A stretch of 53,781 nt of DNA. It comes from a virus. Its lineage: Duplodnaviria > Caudoviricetes. The stretch spans positions 1 to 53,781 of the IMG/VR virus record IMGVR_UViG_3300025137_000003; one strand, 5' to 3'. The notes under the pieces were generated by a model. It did no database searches. It had not been told where the DNA came from and was given only the letters and a program-made list of their open reading frames with translations. Every line of letters starts with the position of its first letter. Position 1 is the first letter of the stretch. This document shows, piece after piece, positions 9,961-19,545 of the stretch. The position numbers and the translations under genes were made by a program.

Positions 9961-12900
9961 ATGGCTTATAGCTTTCTTGACACAGAATTAGGAATACCTA
10001 CTGACCCTACTAAATATAAATCTCCTGATTATGATTTAAATGATTTAGATGCTGACGAAGAATTTCAACAAAGAGCCGAAAGATTTTTAGGTTCTGTTGG
10101 AGAGTCAGATGATATCTATGAATATTTAAGAGACTCTGATTGGAATTTATATAAAGCTGGTAAGCAAATGTTTGATAGTAATAAATTTACTGACGAACAA
10201 AAACAAGATTATGCTTATCTAAGAAAAACTTTTGATGGAGCAAGCCTCGGTAGTACAAGTCAATTCTTAGAATTAATTAAAGACGCTTCTATTGATATGG
10301 TTACTGACCCTACATTAATTGCGGCCTTACTTACTACTCCTATTACAGGAGGAACTTCTTTAGCTAGTAGAACTTTATTAGGTAAAGGAACACAAGAAAG
10401 TTTAAAACTATTAGGTAAAGCAAATTCTAAAGCTTTAACTCGTAAAGAACTTGTAGAAGCTACACAGTCTGGTGCTTTAAAAAGAGCAGGAGATTCAGCT
10501 AAAAATGTAGCTATGACAGTATCTGCTGTAGAAGCAGGCGGGTGGATGGGTATGCACAATCATGCTACTCAAAATACACAGATTAATACAGGTTTAAGAA
10601 AGGCTTATTCTTCTTCAGAGCTTGCAGGCTCTACTGTACTTGGTACTTTAACAGGTGGAGTTGTAGGTAGAGGGTTTCAAAAGTGGAACAATCATAAAAA
10701 CCCTGCACTTAACTGGTCTAATGAACCTGCTAAGATGAATAAGATTCAATATGCTTATAATAAAACTTTAGATACATTTTTATCTAATACAATATTAGGT
10801 ACTGCTAGGCAAATGCGTACCTTTGAAAAACTAGGAATAAAAAAAGCAAAAGAATTTGCAAATGTTTTAGATGCTGATTCACAATTAGTAATAGGTAAAA
10901 GAAATACAGAAGCTGTTAAGTTTAGTTTTCCTGAAAGACTTTCTGCAAGAAGAGGAAGCTACATGTTTGGAGATAATGGCTTTTGGAAAGCTATAGAAGA
11001 CATGGCTCCTGATGGTGTTTTTAGAGAAATAGACGAAGCAAAAATTATTGGCATACTAAGGGGCGGTAGCGAAAAAGGAGCAAGCAAAGAAATAAAACAA
11101 ACAGCTAAAAAATTAAGAAAGTGGTTTGATGGAATTGCTAAAGATGCTGAAGACGCAGGGTATGGTAAATTAAGAATAGAAGATTATTTTCCTAGAGAGT
11201 GGAATAGGCAAGCAATAGAAGCTGATAGAATAGGTTTTGAAAATAGATTAGTAGATAAAAAAATTGTAGATAGGTCTGAAGTTTCTGGGGTAGTTGATGA
11301 GATGTTAAACAAACATAATCAACTTTATTCTTCTCATAGTAATTTAATGTCTCATGGTAGAAAGTTTGAAAACATGAAAGATGTAGACTTTGAAGACTTC
11401 TTAGTAAATGATTTAGTAGCTATTGGAGCTACTTATGGATTAAATGCGGCCAACACTATACAAACTAAACTATCTTTTTTAGGTGGCTCTAAAGGACTTA
11501 AAAACACTAGAGTAGTTGGTAGTCAAGAAATAGATGGTAAAGATATTAAAGTTGTTCAGGCTTTAGCACAAAGTAAACAAGCACAATTTGAAAAAATATG
11601 GATTGAACCTTTAGATGCAGAGCTAAGAGCTAAGACTGGTAGAAGATTAAGTGGTAAAGACAAAGCTAGAATGTATGAATCTTTTAAATCTGCAACAGGA
11701 GATGTAAACTTTTTTAAAGGCAAAATAATACAAGGGTCTTATGATACTTTAAAACTAGCTAATGCTATGGCTTACTTACCTTTAGCTACTGTTTCATCTG
11801 CTTCAGAAGCTTTAATAACTTTAACAAAAGCTCCTACAAAAAACTCTGTAAAGAATATGCAGTATCAATTAGAAAACGGAGTTAGGTTTTTAACTACAGA
11901 TTTAAAATCAGTATTAAAAGAACGAAGAGGACTATCAGAAATTGAAGCAAATAGAGAAGCTAATAAAGCTTGGATAGCTGTTGATGATGTTCAATCAGAT
12001 AAAACTAATAGGCTTACAGGTGAAGCATTACAAACTCAAAGTTTAAATAAAGTCGCCAGGGCTTTTTATAAATTAAATTTATTAATGCCTTGGACAAAAA
12101 CTATTGAGCTTGCTGCATTTAAAACAGGTAAAGATATTATAGAAGAAAATATAGCGACTCTTTCTAAGATGGCTGATAGCGGTATTAAAGTTTTTGATGA
12201 TACAGATTTATTTTTAAAGTCTATTAACGAAAGCCGTGGAGCTTATAAAAGAATAATTAAAAAAGATTTAGATGGAGTATATACAGGTTCAATACAAGAT
12301 GCTGCTAAAGAAGTACAGTATTTAAAAGAAACTTTATATGACTTAGGTATTGACCCTAAGAAAGGAGTTAAATGGTTTAAAGAAGGAGCAAGTAAAGAAG
12401 CTAATTTTTATGGAGACATAACTATGGGTGGAGGAAGATTTTCTAGAGGGGTTATATTACCTACTTCAAGAGAATTTTCTAAAGTACCTACATTTATGAC
12501 TCATCCAAGATATGATATTTTTACACAGTTTTTAAGATACCCTGCTGCTTTTAGTAATACAGTTCTTAAAAACTTTGCAAGAGATACTATTAATAATCCT
12601 AAAGCAAATGCTCCAAAAGTAGGCTCGTTTGTTATTGCGTCTACAGGTATAGCAAGAGCTACTAACTATTGGAGAAGTAGTGCAGAAGCACAAGAACAAT
12701 TAGACTATGGTATAAATAGAAGAAGAGAATCTACAGGCCCTATAGGACAAGCAATAGATAAAGTTGCTCCTATGAGCTACGAAGAAACTAAAAGGTCTTT
12801 ACAAAGAGTAGGCTTATTAGGTCCTTTAGAGTATGGTGTTAGGTTTTTTGATTCGTTTGCTTACAATGAAAATGCAGTAGTATCTGCTTCAAGTTTAGGT

Positions 12901-13674
12901 GGTCCTATTGTAGGAGACATTACAGGAAGTTTAATTTATGGTAGAGGTTTTTTTGAAACTCTATCTAGAAAAACTCCTTTAAGAGGATTAAAAAATCCAT
13001 TACAAAATACTTTTGGTGCTGAGCCTTTTAGTGCTATGGATGAAAAAGCAAGAGAGTTAGATGATAAAATTACAGAGATACTACAAAATACAGGCACTTT
13101 GATTAATGAAGGCAGAGTAGGCTACCACGGAGGCGGCCATGTAAAGAAAAGAAAAAAATATAATCAAGGTAGTATAGTTACTCCTATTCCTCCTGTTCCT
13201 GTAAAGCCTGATTTTCCTGAAGAAGCTCAACAAATAGTAGATTATATGTTAAGTAAAAATAATCCTATATTTAATGAAAGGTCTATTCCTGGTTTATTAG
13301 GAAACATAGATGTAGAATCGTTTGGTAGTTATGACTATCAACGACAACAAGATAACGGAAATGCTTGGGGTATATGGCAGTTAGACCATTCTAAAAAAAT
13401 AGATTACTTTAATTATTTACAAGAACAAGATAGAGAAGATAGCATGGAAGCTCAGGTAGATTACGCTGAAGAAACTATGATGTCTGGTAGAAATATAGGT
13501 GGCACAAACGCTGAGAATTGGAGAGGTATAATGGAAAATGGTACTGTTGCAGAAGTTGCTGATATGTGGGCTAGGCAATGGGAAAGACCTAACCCAAATA
13601 GAAACCCTCAATGGGAAAGAAGAATATCAGTAGCAGAAAAAGCAGCACTAGAATTTTTTGAGAAAGCAGAGTAG
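9961..13674 (+). CDS. Large internal virion protein with C-terminal phage-tail-lysozyme-like domain
   Basis: 1237 aa; C-terminal GLLGNIDVES...AWGIWQL...AQVDY...WERP...RRISVA pattern. Confidence 0.75.
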   Translation: MAYSFLDTELGIPTDPTKYKSPDYDLNDLDADEEFQQRAERFLGSVGESDDIYEYLRDSDWNLYKAGKQMFDSNKFTDEQKQDYAYLRKTFDGASLGSTSQFLELIKDASIDMVTDPTLIAALLTTPITGGTSLASRTLLGKGTQESLKLLGKANSKALTRKELVEATQSGALKRAGDSAKNVAMTVSAVEAGGWMGMHNHATQNTQINTGLRKAYSSSELAGSTVLGTLTGGVVGRGFQKWNNHKNPALNWSNEPAKMNKIQYAYNKTLDTFLSNTILGTARQMRTFEKLGIKKAKEFANVLDADSQLVIGKRNTEAVKFSFPERLSARRGSYMFGDNGFWKAIEDMAPDGVFREIDEAKIIGILRGGSEKGASKEIKQTAKKLRKWFDGIAKDAEDAGYGKLRIEDYFPREWNRQAIEADRIGFENRLVDKKIVDRSEVSGVVDEMLNKHNQLYSSHSNLMSHGRKFENMKDVDFEDFLVNDLVAIGATYGLNAANTIQTKLSFLGGSKGLKNTRVVGSQEIDGKDIKVVQALAQSKQAQFEKIWIEPLDAELRAKTGRRLSGKDKARMYESFKSATGDVNFFKGKIIQGSYDTLKLANAMAYLPLATVSSASEALITLTKAPTKNSVKNMQYQLENGVRFLTTDLKSVLKERRGLSEIEANREANKAWIAVDDVQSDKTNRLTGEALQTQSLNKVARAFYKLNLLMPWTKTIELAAFKTGKDIIEENIATLSKMADSGIKVFDDTDLFLKSINESRGAYKRIIKKDLDGVYTGSIQDAAKEVQYLKETLYDLGIDPKKGVKWFKEGASKEANFYGDITMGGGRFSRGVILPTSREFSKVPTFMTHPRYDIFTQFLRYPAAFSNTVLKNFARDTINNPKANAPKVGSFVIASTGIARATNYWRSSAEAQEQLDYGINRRRESTGPIGQAIDKVAPMSYEETKRSLQRVGLLGPLEYGVRFFDSFAYNENAVVSASSLGGPIVGDITGSLIYGRGFFETLSRKTPLRGLKNPLQNTFGAEPFSAMDEKARELDDKITEILQNTGTLINEGRVGYHGGGHVKKRKKYNQGSIVTPIPPVPVKPDFPEEAQQIVDYMLSKNNPIFNERSIPGLLGNIDVESFGSYDYQRQQDNGNAWGIWQLDHSKKIDYFNYLQEQDREDSMEAQVDYAEETMMSGRNIGGTNAENWRGIMENGTVAEVADMWARQWERPNPNRNPQWERRISVAEKAALEFFEKAE

Positions 13675-13676
13675 TA

Positions 13677-14120
13677 ATGGGTTTTCCTTTTGAAATAATA
13701 ACTATGTTAGCCTCTACAGTTTTAGGTGGCTTTATGAGTGTATGGGCTGAAAGTCGTAAGGCTAAAGCAGAACAACAAAAACTTCTTATAACTCGTGGTG
13801 AGTTTGAAATGAAAGCTAGAAAACAATCTCTTGACCATGGGTTAAAAGATAAAGGCTTTGCATGGACAAGAAGAATTATAGCTCTTACTTCTGTATTTGC
13901 TATTGTTCTTTTACCAAAACTTGTAGCAGTTTATTATCCAGATGTAAGTGTTACTGTTGGGTATACTAATTGGAACCCAGGATTTTTATTCTTTAAAGAA
14001 GGCAGAGAAATATTTGAATGGATAACATTTCAAGGATTGGTTATAACACAACTAGATACTAATTTAGTATCAGCTATTATAGGAATGTATTTTGGCGGAA
14101 GTCTCGCAAAAGGTAGATAG
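13677..14120 (+). CDS. Multi-TM membrane protein (holin-like)
   Basis: 147 aa with about 3 hydrophobic segments, ending IIGMYFGG. Confidence 0.55.
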   Translation: MGFPFEIITMLASTVLGGFMSVWAESRKAKAEQQKLLITRGEFEMKARKQSLDHGLKDKGFAWTRRIIALTSVFAIVLLPKLVAVYYPDVSVTVGYTNWNPGFLFFKEGREIFEWITFQGLVITQLDTNLVSAIIGMYFGGSLAKGR

Positions 14121-14121
14121 T

Positions 14122-14409
14122 ATGAACCCAAATCAATGGATGGACTTATTAGAAACTGTAGGTATTCCAGCGGCCTTTGCAGTTGCAGCAGGTTATATGG
14201 TGTGGAAATTATTCCAACACTTAATAGCAGATGTTCATAAAAAATTAGATACACAGCATGGAATGATAGTTGCTTTAATAGATAGAGTAAGGCAAATGGA
14301 TAATGACATGATAAGAATAGATTCTATGTGTCGTACAGCTTTAGGCGTACAGATAGATGTTGACAGAATAGCTAGAGCAGATGGGAAAAAAGATGTCAGA
14401 AAAGATTGA
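14122..14409 (+). CDS. Single-TM membrane protein (holin-like)
   Basis: ATG immediately after upstream stop; TM VGIPAAFAVAAGYMVW then a helical tail. Confidence 0.5.
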   Translation: MNPNQWMDLLETVGIPAAFAVAAGYMVWKLFQHLIADVHKKLDTQHGMIVALIDRVRQMDNDMIRIDSMCRTALGVQIDVDRIARADGKKDVRKD

Positions 14410-14872
14410 AGATGTATGTTGGGGATGCTTAATGTTTTGGGTAGGCATGGTAATGTTTGTAAGTTTAAGTCAACTTAGTTATGCAGATGAAGTTACTTTT
14501 AAATTTAAGAGTCCTAGTTTTAACGGACAAGGAACTTCTTCACATTATTTAACTATACAAAACCAAGAGTTTAATCGGAAGCAAGCTTTAAAAGCAGAAA
14601 TAAAAGCTTTGCAAGACCAAATAAAAAGAGATAAAGAAAATACAACTTTAGCTAGATTCATTAGGAACCTAGAGAGCAGAATTTATGCTCAGTTATCAAG
14701 ACAGTTAGTAGAAAATTTATTTGGTGAAACGCCAAGTGATAGTGGGATACTAGAACTAGAAGGTAATACTATTGAGTATAGTGTCGTAGACGGAATAATA
14801 ACATTAAAAATAACGGATAGTGATGGGAATGAAACAATTATATCTTTACCTATTGGTAGCTTTACTTTCTAG
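14381..14872 (+). CDS. csgF: Curli assembly component CsgF-like protein
   Basis: Signal-like hydrophobic segment then FKFKSPSFNG; LARFIRNLESRIYAQLSRQL; C-terminal ITD.DG.ETIISLP; directly upstream of csgG. Confidence 0.82.
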   Translation: MGKKMSEKIEDVCWGCLMFWVGMVMFVSLSQLSYADEVTFKFKSPSFNGQGTSSHYLTIQNQEFNRKQALKAEIKALQDQIKRDKENTTLARFIRNLESRIYAQLSRQLVENLFGETPSDSGILELEGNTIEYSVVDGIITLKITDSDGNETIISLPIGSFTF

Positions 14873-15620
14873 TTGTGCTGTCATAAATGAAAATAAAGAT
14901 TTAGTATTAACAAAAGAAATACAACCATCTACCACCTTAGAGTTACAATCTAAAGAATTAAAAGAACTTCCAGGAGCAAAGAACAAACCAGTTATTGCAG
15001 TCTATCCTAACAGTTTTAAAGACTTAACAGGACAGCGTAGAAGCAACAGTTCGTTTGCTTTATTTTCAACAGCAGTTACACAAGCACCTGAAGCTTATCT
15101 TATTAGAGCATTAAAACATGCAGCTAATGGAGAGTTCTTTAGGGTTGTTGAAAGGGTAGGTTTAGATGACCTAGTAAAAGAAAGACAATTAATCCGAAGC
15201 ACTCGTCAAGAGTTTGAAGAGGATAACAAGATGAAGCCTTTGTTATTTGCAGGGCTTTTATTTCAGGGTGGAGTAATTAGTTATCAAGCTAATCTACAGT
15301 CTGGAGGATTGGGTGCTAGATACCTAGGAATAGGAAATAGTAAACAATATAGAGAAGATACAATTACTATATCATTAAGATTAGTTTCTGTATCTACAGG
15401 AGAAGTGTTGATAGAAAACTTGGTGTCTAAAAGTGTTTTATCAACAAGTATTTCTCAGGACATATTTCGTTTTATTGAAGCTGGTACTGAACTAGTAGAA
15501 ATAGAAGGAGGAGTTGCTGAGAATGAAAGTGTTTCTATAGCCTTACAAAAAGCTGTAGAGACTGGAGTATTTAATATCGTAAACATAGGAATAGAAAGGG
15601 GCTATTGGGAATATGAATAA
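14829..15620 (+). CDS. csgG: Curli secretion channel lipoprotein CsgG
   Basis: Lipobox LLSSC; FKDLTGQR, FSTAVTQ, FRVVERVGLDDLVKERQLIR, GGLGARYLGIG, LRLVSVSTGEV. Confidence 0.92.
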   Translation: MKQLYLYLLVALLSSCAVINENKDLVLTKEIQPSTTLELQSKELKELPGAKNKPVIAVYPNSFKDLTGQRRSNSSFALFSTAVTQAPEAYLIRALKHAANGEFFRVVERVGLDDLVKERQLIRSTRQEFEEDNKMKPLLFAGLLFQGGVISYQANLQSGGLGARYLGIGNSKQYREDTITISLRLVSVSTGEVLIENLVSKSVLSTSISQDIFRFIEAGTELVEIEGGVAENESVSIALQKAVETGVFNIVNIGIERGYWEYE

Positions 15621-16323
15621 ATTAATATTAATTGGTTTGACTGTTATGTCTATAATGACTTATGCAGCAGACAACGAAATTTATATTGAGCAAAGTGGAG
15701 ATACTGCTAACTTAGATTTAGAACAACTAGGTTCAGCTAATATTATTGGAGGGTTGAACTCTGTTGCAGGAACTTTAACGCCTTTAGATTTAGACGGCAG
15801 TACAATGACGCTTGATATAAACCAAATTGGTTCTACTAACAGTTTCTTAGGAGATATTTGGGCTGATAACTTTACAGGCTTTTTTGAATTTGACGGAAGT
15901 AATAATGAGTTTGCTATACAAGTAGACCCTAGTAATACTTACGGAGCAGATGGGTCTGATGTTAATGTAGATGTTACTGGAAGCAGTAATGATTTTACAT
16001 TAGACTTAGCTACCAGTTCAATGGCTAGTAATACAGATTTAGATTGGATTATCAATGGTGATAGTAACACATTTGATTTTGATATAAATTATGATGGTGC
16101 TACTAATTATGTAGATGTTGATGGAGACAGCAATACTGTAAACTTTACAGGTCAAGGATATGCAGGAGGTTACTTCTATCTTGACCAAACAGGAAACAGT
16201 AGAACTTTTAACATTCAACAACTGAGTACACTTGATAATGACTGGCTTAAAATTTTATCTACTGGGGATTCTGGCACTATCTGCGTCATACAAAATGATG
16301 GCGGAACAGCAGTCGGATGTTAA
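15613..16323 (+). CDS. Secreted curlin-repeat-like (CsgA/CsgB-like) beta-solenoid protein
   Basis: Signal peptide; repeats such as NEIYIEQSGD, LEQLGSAN, INQIGSTN, LDQTGNS, VIQNDG; two C-terminal Cys; follows csgG. Confidence 0.72.
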   Translation: MNKLILIGLTVMSIMTYAADNEIYIEQSGDTANLDLEQLGSANIIGGLNSVAGTLTPLDLDGSTMTLDINQIGSTNSFLGDIWADNFTGFFEFDGSNNEFAIQVDPSNTYGADGSDVNVDVTGSSNDFTLDLATSSMASNTDLDWIINGDSNTFDFDINYDGATNYVDVDGDSNTVNFTGQGYAGGYFYLDQTGNSRTFNIQQLSTLDNDWLKILSTGDSGTICVIQNDGGTAVGC

Positions 16324-17347
16324 TGTAGGAAACATAACAGAACTAAATGGAGTAGGCAGAGTTGTAAGGGATGAAACCTTTAACGCTGCCTTATCTCTAG
16401 ATATAAATAGTTTTGATAATGTCCAAACTTCTAACGGAAGAATAGGCATTACTTTTTTAGATGACAGTCAAGTTCGTTTGACTGAACATTCTGAATTAAT
16501 TATAGACGAATTTATATACGACCCTGACCCATCTAAATCTAAGATGGCTTTACAATTTGCTAGTGGAACTGCAAGGTTTATTACTGGTAAATTATCTACA
16601 ATAAAAAAAGAAAATATTTTTATAGAAACTCCTAGTGCTACTATAGCAATTAGGGGTACAGACTTTACTGTTACAGTAGACGAGCTAGGCAGAAGTCTAG
16701 TTATATTATTACCAGACAACAAGGGACTTCCAAGTGGAGAGATTGTTGTTGCTACTGCTATAGGACAAGTTGTTCTTAATAAACCTTATCAAGCTACTAC
16801 AGTTTCTGTTTTTGAAGCTTCTCCAACTAAACCAGTTATTCTTGACTTGACTCTAGAGTTAATAGATAACATGTTAATTGTAAATAAACCACAGGAAATA
16901 GAACAAGAAAATGAGAGAGAAAATGGAGGGAGCAATACTAGTATTTTGGATGTTGACTTCCTTGACTTTGATGATTTAGATGTAGATTACTTAGCAGAAG
17001 ATGACCTAGAGTTCACAGAACTTGACATAAATTATTTAGATGTAAATTTTTTAGAAGACTTATTAGACATTATAGAAGATGTAAATGAACTAGACCAAAC
17101 AGAAACTTTGTTAAGAACTGATATAGATATAAAAGGAACACAGATAGGGTATGACTCATCTACACAAATAAATACTTTTCTTACAGATAATGTATTAACT
17201 TTATATAAAACTTTAGAAGATACTATTAGATTAGATTTAGATAGAAGTAATGCTTATACAGTATTGTTAATACAAAATGGTAAAAGCACACAGATAATTA
17301 TTAATGGTGGTAGTAGTTCTACTATTAAAATTACACAAGGAGATTAA
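16238..17347 (+). CDS. FecR-domain exported protein with acidic linker
   Basis: Signal peptide; DNVQTSNGRIGITFLDDSQVRLTEHSEL, GTARFITG, IETPSATIAIRGTDF. Confidence 0.85.
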   Translation: MTGLKFYLLGILALSASYKMMAEQQSDVNVGNITELNGVGRVVRDETFNAALSLDINSFDNVQTSNGRIGITFLDDSQVRLTEHSELIIDEFIYDPDPSKSKMALQFASGTARFITGKLSTIKKENIFIETPSATIAIRGTDFTVTVDELGRSLVILLPDNKGLPSGEIVVATAIGQVVLNKPYQATTVSVFEASPTKPVILDLTLELIDNMLIVNKPQEIEQENERENGGSNTSILDVDFLDFDDLDVDYLAEDDLEFTELDINYLDVNFLEDLLDIIEDVNELDQTETLLRTDIDIKGTQIGYDSSTQINTFLTDNVLTLYKTLEDTIRLDLDRSNAYTVLLIQNGKSTQIIINGGSSSTIKITQGD

Positions 17348-17428
17348 ATGAATCGTCAAAGATTTTTATATTTTAAATATGGTTTTCCTTTAACTCGGTT
17401 GGCTAACAATATAGATATCTTAATATGA
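17348..17428 (+). CDS. 26-aa small ORF bridging the FecR and cyclase genes
   Basis: ATG directly after FecR TAA; TGA overlaps the cyclase ATG (ATGA). Confidence 0.4.
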   Translation: MNRQRFLYFKYGFPLTRLANNIDILI

Positions 17429-19227
17429 AATGGAATTCTATCCTTATAGCTTTACTAACTATACCTTTATTATTTAATTTAGTTCCTTTAGAAATATTAA
17501 GATTAAAAACTTTTGATGCTCTTGTTCAGACTCCTGAACCTACAGGGTATTTTTCCATACTAAACTTAGACGAAGACTTTGTTAATGAACAAGGAGGATA
17601 TCCTTTACCTCGTGCAACCCTAGGAATAATTCACCAAGAGTTACTAGAAGCAGGAGCTTTAGGTGTTGGATGGGTAATGCTCTTTCCACATCCAGATAGA
17701 ATGAAAGGAGATGAGGAATTTAGTTATGCTTTATCTTTAAGCCCTAGTGTTATTGCAATGCCTGAAGTTAATAATGGTAACTATCCTAAGACACACGGCA
17801 CAGTTATCAAAGGGCCTATAATAGATATAGAAAAGGCACCAGGATTTTTAGAGAACATAGATATACTTAAACAGTCTTCATCACAGGGAGCTATCTCTGC
17901 TCCTGTAGATGTAGATAATTTAGTTAGGCGTATTCCTCTACTACAACAAACTCCTAATGGATGGGTAGCTTCTTTTGGTACAGAGGTCTTAAAAATATTA
18001 GGTGGTGGCAATACTTATCAGATAATTACTAATGAGAATGGTATTGAGATGGTAAGGGTTAGAGGATTAGAGCCTATACCTACAGATAGTGTAGGCCGCA
18101 AATGGATATCTTGGGTTGATACTCCTCAAACTACATTAAAAGAAATGAATGTTGCTAACAAGTTTGTGTTCGTAGGTTTTACTGCTAAAGGAATATCTCC
18201 ACAACTTGCAACTCCTGGAGGATTATTAGAGCCACATAAAATTCAAGCAGCCTTAGCAGAAAGTATTTTATTACCCACGCCAACTATTCCTGACTATAGA
18301 TTATTAGCAGAACTTTTATTATTAATAAGTTCTACTTTCTTAATTGGTTTTATTATTAGAGTAAGCGGTATTACTTTAGGTATTGTTGCAGCAGGAAGTT
18401 TATTAACTGGTGTAGGGTATGGTGGTTATTATTTAGTTCAACAAAATTTATTAATAGATGTTACATGGAGTATGACAAGTATGACACTTGTAGCAGCTCA
18501 ACAATTTTATCTTAACTTTAGAACTCAATTTAAATTACGACAACAGATTAGAAAACAATTTGAGACTTACTTAGACCCAAGACAAGTAGCAGAGCTACAG
18601 AAAAATCCTGGGCTTTTAAAGTTAGGTGGAGAGAGAAAAGAACTTTCTTTCTTGTTCACAGACATAATGGGTTTTACTCCAGTCTCTGAAGTCTTTAAAA
18701 ATAAAGATGACCCGGAAGGTTTAGTAGAACTTATTAATACTTATCTTGATAAGATGACAAAAATTATATTAGCTAATGGCGGTACTATAGATAAATATAT
18801 GGGTGATTGTATTATGGCTTTTTGGAATGCTCCTATTGATTGTCATAACCATGCAGAGCTTGCTATTAAATCTGCAATAGAAATTGAGCAGGCTACAATA
18901 GAACTTAATAAACAATTCAAAGACCAGGGATTAGACCTACCTCCAATTAATGTAGGGACAGGAGTTAATACTGGAACTTGTATTGTTGGCAACATGGGAA
19001 GTGAAACTAGGTTTGATTACTCTGTTGTAGGAGACGCTGTTAATTTAGCTGCAAGATTAGAAGCTACGGCTGGTAGAAATGACTACAAACAATGGAAAAT
19101 AATTATATCTGAGTACACAAAAGAGTTAGCAGGTTCTAATTTTAACTATGAAATGATAGATAGTATCTTAGTCAAGGGAAAATCAGAGCCAATTACCATT
19201 TATTTTCCTAAATCCCATCAGAGCTAA
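17425..19227 (+). CDS. CHASE2-domain membrane class III adenylate cyclase
   Basis: N-terminal TM, CHASE2 motifs (GGYPLPR, DVDNLVRRIPL, ATPGG), 3 TMs, cyclase motifs FLFTDIMGFT, IDKYMGDCIMAFW, YSVVGDAVNLAARLE, VKGK. Confidence 0.92.
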   Translation: MKWNSILIALLTIPLLFNLVPLEILRLKTFDALVQTPEPTGYFSILNLDEDFVNEQGGYPLPRATLGIIHQELLEAGALGVGWVMLFPHPDRMKGDEEFSYALSLSPSVIAMPEVNNGNYPKTHGTVIKGPIIDIEKAPGFLENIDILKQSSSQGAISAPVDVDNLVRRIPLLQQTPNGWVASFGTEVLKILGGGNTYQIITNENGIEMVRVRGLEPIPTDSVGRKWISWVDTPQTTLKEMNVANKFVFVGFTAKGISPQLATPGGLLEPHKIQAALAESILLPTPTIPDYRLLAELLLLISSTFLIGFIIRVSGITLGIVAAGSLLTGVGYGGYYLVQQNLLIDVTWSMTSMTLVAAQQFYLNFRTQFKLRQQIRKQFETYLDPRQVAELQKNPGLLKLGGERKELSFLFTDIMGFTPVSEVFKNKDDPEGLVELINTYLDKMTKIILANGGTIDKYMGDCIMAFWNAPIDCHNHAELAIKSAIEIEQATIELNKQFKDQGLDLPPINVGTGVNTGTCIVGNMGSETRFDYSVVGDAVNLAARLEATAGRNDYKQWKIIISEYTKELAGSNFNYEMIDSILVKGKSEPITIYFPKSHQS

Positions 19228-19323
19228 GCAGAGCTTGTCTAAGAAACAATAGGTCTTTTTAATAGTAAGGCCTAGGTTGCTATGAGATATGCTCTTAGAA
19301 GCTATTGTATGAGGTCGTTTTTT

Positions 19324-19545
19324 CTATAAAGCTTGAATTTCTCTTTGTAAATACAAATGTAGGGGTTTAAGTTTAGCATCTGCTCTTTCAATTAAAGTTT
19401 TAATTATTTTCTTATCATGCTCTGCAAAAATACTATCTACTTTCTCTGGAGGAAAGGAAGATATCTCTGATACTATCTTTCCATCAGGAGTTAATAACAC
19501 TTTAAAGCTTATTAAGTTTCCTTCGTCCTTATTATTCCTTTTCAT
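19324..19545 (-). CDS. Hypothetical protein
   Basis: 73 aa, overlaps upstream stop; last gene of the - strand operon. Confidence 0.7.
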   Translation of the reverse strand: MKRNNKDEGNLISFKVLLTPDGKIVSEISSFPPEKVDSIFAEHDKKIIKTLIERADAKLKPLHLYLQREIQAL

